A DNA stretch of 41,085 bases from an uncultured Aminicenantes bacterium. GTDB lineage: Bacteria; Acidobacteriota; Aminicenantia; UBA2199. Location: the NCBI GenBank assembly GCA_965195285.1, contig CBDAFS010000057.1, positions 1 to 41,085 of the forward strand. Reading direction: 5' to 3'. Shown piece by piece: positions 36,518 to 41,085 of this stretch (position 1 is the stretch's first letter; each line of letters opens with the position of its first letter). The notes under the pieces are model-generated. The model ran no database searches. It was not told the DNA's origin and saw only the letters and a list, made by a program, of their open reading frames with translations. The position numbers and the translations under genes are program-made.

Positions 36518-36658
36518 GAAACAAAACCCAAGAATTTGAAAAAATATTCCAAAAAAATAAAATTAATCGTTAAAATTAAAACAAATAATGGAAAGAAATC
36601 AGTAGGGTCTTTTGATTTTTCCTAACTCGTTATATAATGAAGCGGAAGTGAAAATATC

Positions 36659-37003
36659 ATGCATGAATTCGCCCTGGCTGAAGATATCATTAAAACCATT
36701 GGCACGAGTGTGAACCATAACTATGAAAGCATATCCCAGATCAACATCGAGGTGGGCCCCTTTTCGGGAGTGGTGATTGATTCCCTGGAATTCGGCCTAC
36801 AGATTATCATGAAAGAAAAAAACAATCCCACGGTCAAGATCAACGTCAAGCAGGTACCGGCCATGGCACAATGCCAGTGCGGAAAAAGCTATGCGTTCAC
36901 CACCATGTTTGACGGATGTCCGGTATGCAATTCATTACAACGAAAAATTATTTCCGGGATGGACATTTTAATCAATTCCGTTGAAATCAGAGAAAGCCAA
37001 TGA
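36659..37003 (+). CDS. hypA: Hydrogenase nickel chaperone HypA
   Basis: MHE start, CQCG and CPVC. Confidence 0.95.
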   Translation: MHEFALAEDIIKTIGTSVNHNYESISQINIEVGPFSGVVIDSLEFGLQIIMKEKNNPTVKINVKQVPAMAQCQCGKSYAFTTMFDGCPVCNSLQRKIISGMDILINSVEIRESQ

Positions 37004-37039
37004 GTGGAAAAATCGAGGGGACCAAAGGAGGTAAAGCCC

Positions 37040-37705
37040 ATGAAAAAAAACCTTAATATATCCGCACATGATCGTAACCAGTTGATTGCCACTGAGAACC
37101 GGCAATATTTTAAGTCCCTAAATATTCTCACCCTGAACCTGATCGGGTCTCCGGGCTGTGGGAAGACCTCCATACTGGAGTATACGGTTAATCACTTCGA
37201 CCAGCCCTTCGCCGTGATTGTGGGAGATGTGAAGACCGCCCTGGATTCCGACCGGATTATCCATTCGGGGAATCAAAATGCTTTTGCCATTGAAACCGGG
37301 GGCGGCTGCCACCTGTCTGCCCAGATGATTCAAGACAAAGTAAAGGACATCAATCTGGAAAATCTGGAGTACCTTTTTATTGAAAATGTGGGAAACCTGG
37401 TCTGCCCCTCCAGTTATGACCTGGGTGAAAGTCTGAAAATCGCCATTCTCAGCATTCCCGAAGGTGATGAAAAAGTTCGTAAATATCCGGCGCTGTTTCT
37501 CAGGGCCGCAGTGGTTATCATCAACAAGATCGACCTGCTGGGAGTGATGGAGTATGACATCCAGAGGGTCAGGGAAGATTGCCGGATCCACAATCCGGAG
37601 GTCAAGATTTTCGAAACCTCCGCCAAAACAGGAGAGGGATTTGAAGAGTGGTTTGATTATTTAAAATCCCAGTGGGATAGGGCCGAATTTATAAAAGGCG
37701 GATAG
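37040..37705 (+). CDS. hypB: Hydrogenase nickel-insertion GTPase HypB
   Basis: GSPGCGKT, CHL, ENVGNLVCP, KYP, NKIDL; ATG 37040 with AAGGAGGT. Confidence 0.95.
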   Translation: MKKNLNISAHDRNQLIATENRQYFKSLNILTLNLIGSPGCGKTSILEYTVNHFDQPFAVIVGDVKTALDSDRIIHSGNQNAFAIETGGGCHLSAQMIQDKVKDINLENLEYLFIENVGNLVCPSSYDLGESLKIAILSIPEGDEKVRKYPALFLRAAVVIINKIDLLGVMEYDIQRVREDCRIHNPEVKIFETSAKTGEGFEEWFDYLKSQWDRAEFIKGG

Positions 37706-38528
37706 CCAGGCCCCCGCGGATCGTAAACCCGTCCCAAACTCCGATATCCAGCAGCAGATAAATATTTTTGGCAATCTCTCCTTTAACCCCTATGTTCAAT
37801 TGAATAAATGGAAACACTCCGGGAAGATAGAAATCCTCTCCCTCTGATTCCATATCCTCTTTAAGTTCAGTGAGAGACATGGTGTCGCTCTGTTCATAGG
37901 TGTCCAGAACCTGGCCCAACTGAACCAGAGTCCCGTTAACCGAATAGCTGACCTCCGAATCATCAAAAACACTCCCCCCGGCTATGCCAAATCCAAAGGT
38001 AATGTAGGGATTAACCCGCCAGGACGGTTTGATATCCCAGCGGAAACTCAAGTGGGCGGAAACCGGTGCAATATCAAAATATCCGGTTCCCTCACCCTGA
38101 AAGACATGGCCCTGGGTGGACTCCAGGGTAACCTTTATGTCGGGAATGGAGGCGATCATCGACGTTTTATCAATCGAAAAACCAAGGCTGAAGGAACCAT
38201 CCTTTCCTTTGGGATACCATCTCAATTCAAAACCAAAGTTGTCTCCTCCGGAATCAAAACTGATTTCCTGAGAATAGCTCTTTTCCACGATTTCTGGATA
38301 ATCCTTTTGTATTTCCTCCAGGAGAGGTTCCTTGAGTTGGGTTTGCAGGACATCACTCAGTGCATCTTCGATACTGGATCTCAACAGGTTAACACTCCAG
38401 GAACCGTAATGAATTCCCAGTTCAAAATGTCCCTTGCTTTTTGCTTCCGGTTCGGTGGCAGCCGAAAGCAGGGAAAAACAGAACAAGATCAAAATAACAA
38501 CCAGCTGGGTCTGTGCTTTGCTTCTCAT
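37689..38528 (-). CDS. Exported protein, probable outer-membrane beta-barrel
   Basis: Signal peptide; alternating aromatic/Gly strands ([19 protein letters not shown], terminal [10 protein letters not shown]). Confidence 0.6.
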   Translation of the reverse strand: MRSKAQTQLVVILILFCFSLLSAATEPEAKSKGHFELGIHYGSWSVNLLRSSIEDALSDVLQTQLKEPLLEEIQKDYPEIVEKSYSQEISFDSGGDNFGFELRWYPKGKDGSFSLGFSIDKTSMIASIPDIKVTLESTQGHVFQGEGTGYFDIAPVSAHLSFRWDIKPSWRVNPYITFGFGIAGGSVFDDSEVSYSVNGTLVQLGQVLDTYEQSDTMSLTELKEDMESEGEDFYLPGVFPFIQLNIGVKGEIAKNIYLLLDIGVWDGFTIRGGLAIRLL

Positions 38529-38716
38529 TGATTTTCCTCGATGAATTTTCCGATGGAGCGGTCATAGGTTCTCTCCGCCTCGGCAGAGAAAAAACAGGCT
38601 GGCAACTCATTGAGTCCTTTATGATAAACAATACATTCGCAACAGATGCCCTTGCGGGAACAGGGTTCATAGGTACAGTTACAATGTCTCAGATTGGCTT
38701 CTTTTTTACATTCCAT
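38525..38716 (-). CDS. Small Cys-rich protein (DUF6485-like)
   Basis: CNCTY-x-PC-x-RKG-x-CCEC-x-x-YH...LPACFF...E-x-TYDRS; GGAGG RBS. Confidence 0.75.
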   Translation of the reverse strand: MECKKEANLRHCNCTYEPCSRKGICCECIVYHKGLNELPACFFSAEAERTYDRSIGKFIEENQ

Positions 38717-38779
38717 ACAACCTCCGATTTTTCATATTTCTATATATGAAGTTTGTTTCACTCATGCTTATTGTTGCGC

Positions 38780-39781
38780 CTAACATATCCGGGGCAATTG
38801 ATCCTCGATCAGCAGGGGCAGCATCCGCCTTCCCTTTACCAGGGTTTCCACAAAAACCATGCCCCGGTACTGATCAATAATTTCACCGATAACCGCTGCT
38901 TTTTTTCCATACCGGTTTTTCTTCATGAGCGGGAGAATACCGGCAGCAGCCTCTTTATTGACAATCATGATCACTTTTCCTTCATTGGCCGCATACAGCG
39001 GATCAATACCCAGGATTTCACAAACCCCTTTGACCTCATTTTTCAGGGGAAAGCGCTCTTCATACAATACTGCCCCGAAAGGCTTCTTTTGTATGATTTC
39101 ATTCATTACCGAAGCCACTCCGCCCCGGGTGGCATCCCTCATGAATTTCACACTGCCCGGAAATTCCCGCATCACCTCAGCGATCAATCGGTGCAGCGGG
39201 GCACAATCGGAGCTCAGCCCCCGGGTAAAAGATAACCCACTACGCTGGGCCATAATCGATATGCCATGATCGCCGATGGTTCCATTGATGATGATCTGAT
39301 CGCCCACCTCTAGTTTTTTCCTGGGCACCGGGTGTTCCAGGACACCGATCCCCGAGGTGTTCACAAATAACTTGTCGGCATTGCCCTTCTCCACCACCTT
39401 GGTATCCCCGGTGACCACTCTCACCCCGGCAGCATCACTGGCCTTTTTTATGGAAAGCAGTACTTTTTTCAGCAGGGCTATTTCCAATCCTTCCTCTAAA
39501 ATAAGGCCACAGGAAAGGTAAAGGGGGGTGGCCCCCATCACAGCCAGATCATTGACGGTGCCGTTTACGGCCAGAGTCCCGATATCACCCCCGGGAAAAA
39601 ACAAAGGCGTGATGGTATAGGTATCGGTGGTAAAGGCAATTTTTTCACTCCCGGGAACGAGTATGGCGGAGTCATCCATCTGAACTGACCCGGACCCTAA
39701 AATCTTCCCGATGGTGTTGGTAATGAGTTCAAACATCAGTTTTCCACCGCTACCATGGCCCATCAGGATTCTGTCATTCAT
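38780..39781 (-). CDS. hypE: Carbamoyl dehydratase HypE
   Basis: HGSGG, FPGGDIG, GTVNDL, GDTKVV, RDATRGG, terminal PRIC; ATG 39781 overlaps the hypD stop (ATGA). Confidence 0.96.
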   Translation of the reverse strand: MNDRILMGHGSGGKLMFELITNTIGKILGSGSVQMDDSAILVPGSEKIAFTTDTYTITPLFFPGGDIGTLAVNGTVNDLAVMGATPLYLSCGLILEEGLEIALLKKVLLSIKKASDAAGVRVVTGDTKVVEKGNADKLFVNTSGIGVLEHPVPRKKLEVGDQIIINGTIGDHGISIMAQRSGLSFTRGLSSDCAPLHRLIAEVMREFPGSVKFMRDATRGGVASVMNEIIQKKPFGAVLYEERFPLKNEVKGVCEILGIDPLYAANEGKVIMIVNKEAAAGILPLMKKNRYGKKAAVIGEIIDQYRGMVFVETLVKGRRMLPLLIEDQLPRIC

Positions 39782-40851
39782 GGGCCAACCTTCCGATATT
39801 TGAAATAAGCCGCACAGGCCCCTTCCGATGAGACCATGCAGGCCCCTACCGGACTCTCCGGCAGGCATTTTTTTCCGAACAGGGGACAGTCCAGCGGAGT
39901 GACCAATCCCCTCAACACTTCGCCGCACCGGCACCCCCGGGGTTCAATCTCCTCAGGGGGATTCACCGGGAATCTCAGATTGGCATCAAACTCCTGGAAT
40001 GGCGCCTTCAAGCGCATACCACTTTCCGGAATGGTTCCGATTCCCCTCCATTTGGCCTCGGTGGATTCAAACACCTCGGCCATGACCTCCTGGGCCTTTT
40101 CATTACCCGATTCGGTGACCACCAGGCTATACTCATTGATGATTTCAGGATTTCCATTCTGAATCAAATGGATCAGGGCCATGGTCCCGATCAGCAAATT
40201 CTGAGTTTCAAATCCGGTAATCACACATGGTTTTTTATATTTATCGGCCACGAAGCGCCATCCCTTTATTCCGGTAATCACACCCACATGGCCGGGAAGT
40301 ATAAATCCATCGATTTTAACCTCGCCAGCATCCAGCAGAGCCTGAACCGCTGGCGGAGTCAGTTTGTTTCCGGTTAAGATTGAAAAATTTTTAAGTTTCT
40401 CTTGCCGGGCCTTTTTAACTGCCACGGCCTCGGTGGGAATGGTGGTTTCAAATCCGACACTCAAAAAAACCACCTGCTTTTCAGGATTCTCCCGGGCCAG
40501 GGTCAAGGCATCCAGGGGTGAATAGACAATATGGATCGGTACCCCGGCAGCCTTTTCCTTCTGGAGGGAACTGTAAGAGGAAGGCACCCGCATCATGTCT
40601 CCGAAGGTAACCAGCCAGACGCCATGGGTTCTGGCTATCTCAATGGCCCGATCCAGGTACCCGTTCGGGGTCACGCAAACCGGACACCCCGGACCATCGA
40701 TCAGCGATAATTTTTCCGGGAATAGATCCTTTACCCCGGTATAAAAAAATTGGGTGGTATGGGTCCCGCAGACTTCCATGATCCGGATCGGTCTTTCCAG
40801 TTCCAGGTTTTTCAATTTATCGGCATAGGCTTGAAGTTCATTTTTATCCAT
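39778..40851 (-). CDS. hypD: Hydrogenase maturation protein HypD
   Basis: MEVCGTH, GPGCPVC, GFETT, PGHV, CMVSSEGAC. Confidence 0.97.
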   Translation of the reverse strand: MDKNELQAYADKLKNLELERPIRIMEVCGTHTTQFFYTGVKDLFPEKLSLIDGPGCPVCVTPNGYLDRAIEIARTHGVWLVTFGDMMRVPSSYSSLQKEKAAGVPIHIVYSPLDALTLARENPEKQVVFLSVGFETTIPTEAVAVKKARQEKLKNFSILTGNKLTPPAVQALLDAGEVKIDGFILPGHVGVITGIKGWRFVADKYKKPCVITGFETQNLLIGTMALIHLIQNGNPEIINEYSLVVTESGNEKAQEVMAEVFESTEAKWRGIGTIPESGMRLKAPFQEFDANLRFPVNPPEEIEPRGCRCGEVLRGLVTPLDCPLFGKKCLPESPVGACMVSSEGACAAYFKYRKVGP

Positions 40852-41011
40852 TGGGATTTTTCACCTTAAAAGACTATATTATATTGGAAATACCTGATTT
40901 AATCAATGATTTTATTCCAGTCCCCCAAGTAACGCATACAGGGCCCCATTTTCGTTTGAAAAGTGAAATACTTAATTGCCATTTTTCTCTCAAAATGATA
41001 TAAAGAAACCA

Positions 41012-41085
41012 ATGATTCAATCAGGGATTAGAGAGTATTTAAAAGAAATTCATCAATCCTTTTCAAAGGGAGATGCCCGGGAAGA
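41012..41085 (+). CDS. 5' fragment of a gene running off the window, possibly a type ISP/IIG restriction-modification enzyme
   Basis: MIQSGIREYLKEIHQSFSKGDARE(E/D); the YL..I......GDA.E pattern recalls N-termini of that family; only 24 complete codons visible. Confidence 0.4.
   Translation, partial: MIQSGIREYLKEIHQSFSKGDARE

Noticed and set aside
36605-36640. Sigma70 promoter for hypAB
   Set aside because: TATAAT is present but the best -35 (TTGATT) is only 15 bp away; too weak to call

Overview
Core-metabolism region of an anaerobic, probably diderm bacterium. A Desulfobacterota- or Aminicenantes-like origin is only a guess from gene content. Most genes are on the minus strand. (1) 1-2160: a visibly AT-rich accessory patch with a SAM methyltransferase between 20-bp direct repeats, a TfoX/HhH-type gene followed by a well-formed integron attC site (no integrase in the window), and a 15-bp inverted-repeat element. 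(2) Housekeeping genes: AlaX, a protein-disulfide oxidoreductase, fba, pfkA and a PP2C phosphatase. (3) A PerR/Fur-headed oxidative-stress operon: rubredoxin (missed by the ORF track), FprA, a ferritin-like protein, rubrerythrin and desulfoferrodoxin, with a divergent RseC gene. (4) An apparently self-contained sigma54 signalling module: tandem palindromic enhancer, -24/-12 promoter, a GcvH-fold protein with two Cys4 repeats and no lipoyl-lysine, a heme-c sensor kinase, an NtrC-type activator and an archaemetzincin protease. (5) An 18-kb energy island: group 3b [NiFe]-hydrogenase, a sensor-less kinase and receiver, an octaheme c3-type cytochrome, an Rnf complex whose RnfC/RnfD flavin motifs are lost and whose RnfB carries a GltD-like fusion, and a NuoG/E/F-like (HydABC/Bfu-type) trio with a Mo-less Fdh-like subunit and a NuoF-GltD fusion. 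(6) hypAB and hypDE maturation genes. All calls come from motifs read by eye; no searches were run. Several start codons were moved to the RBS-supported ATG.
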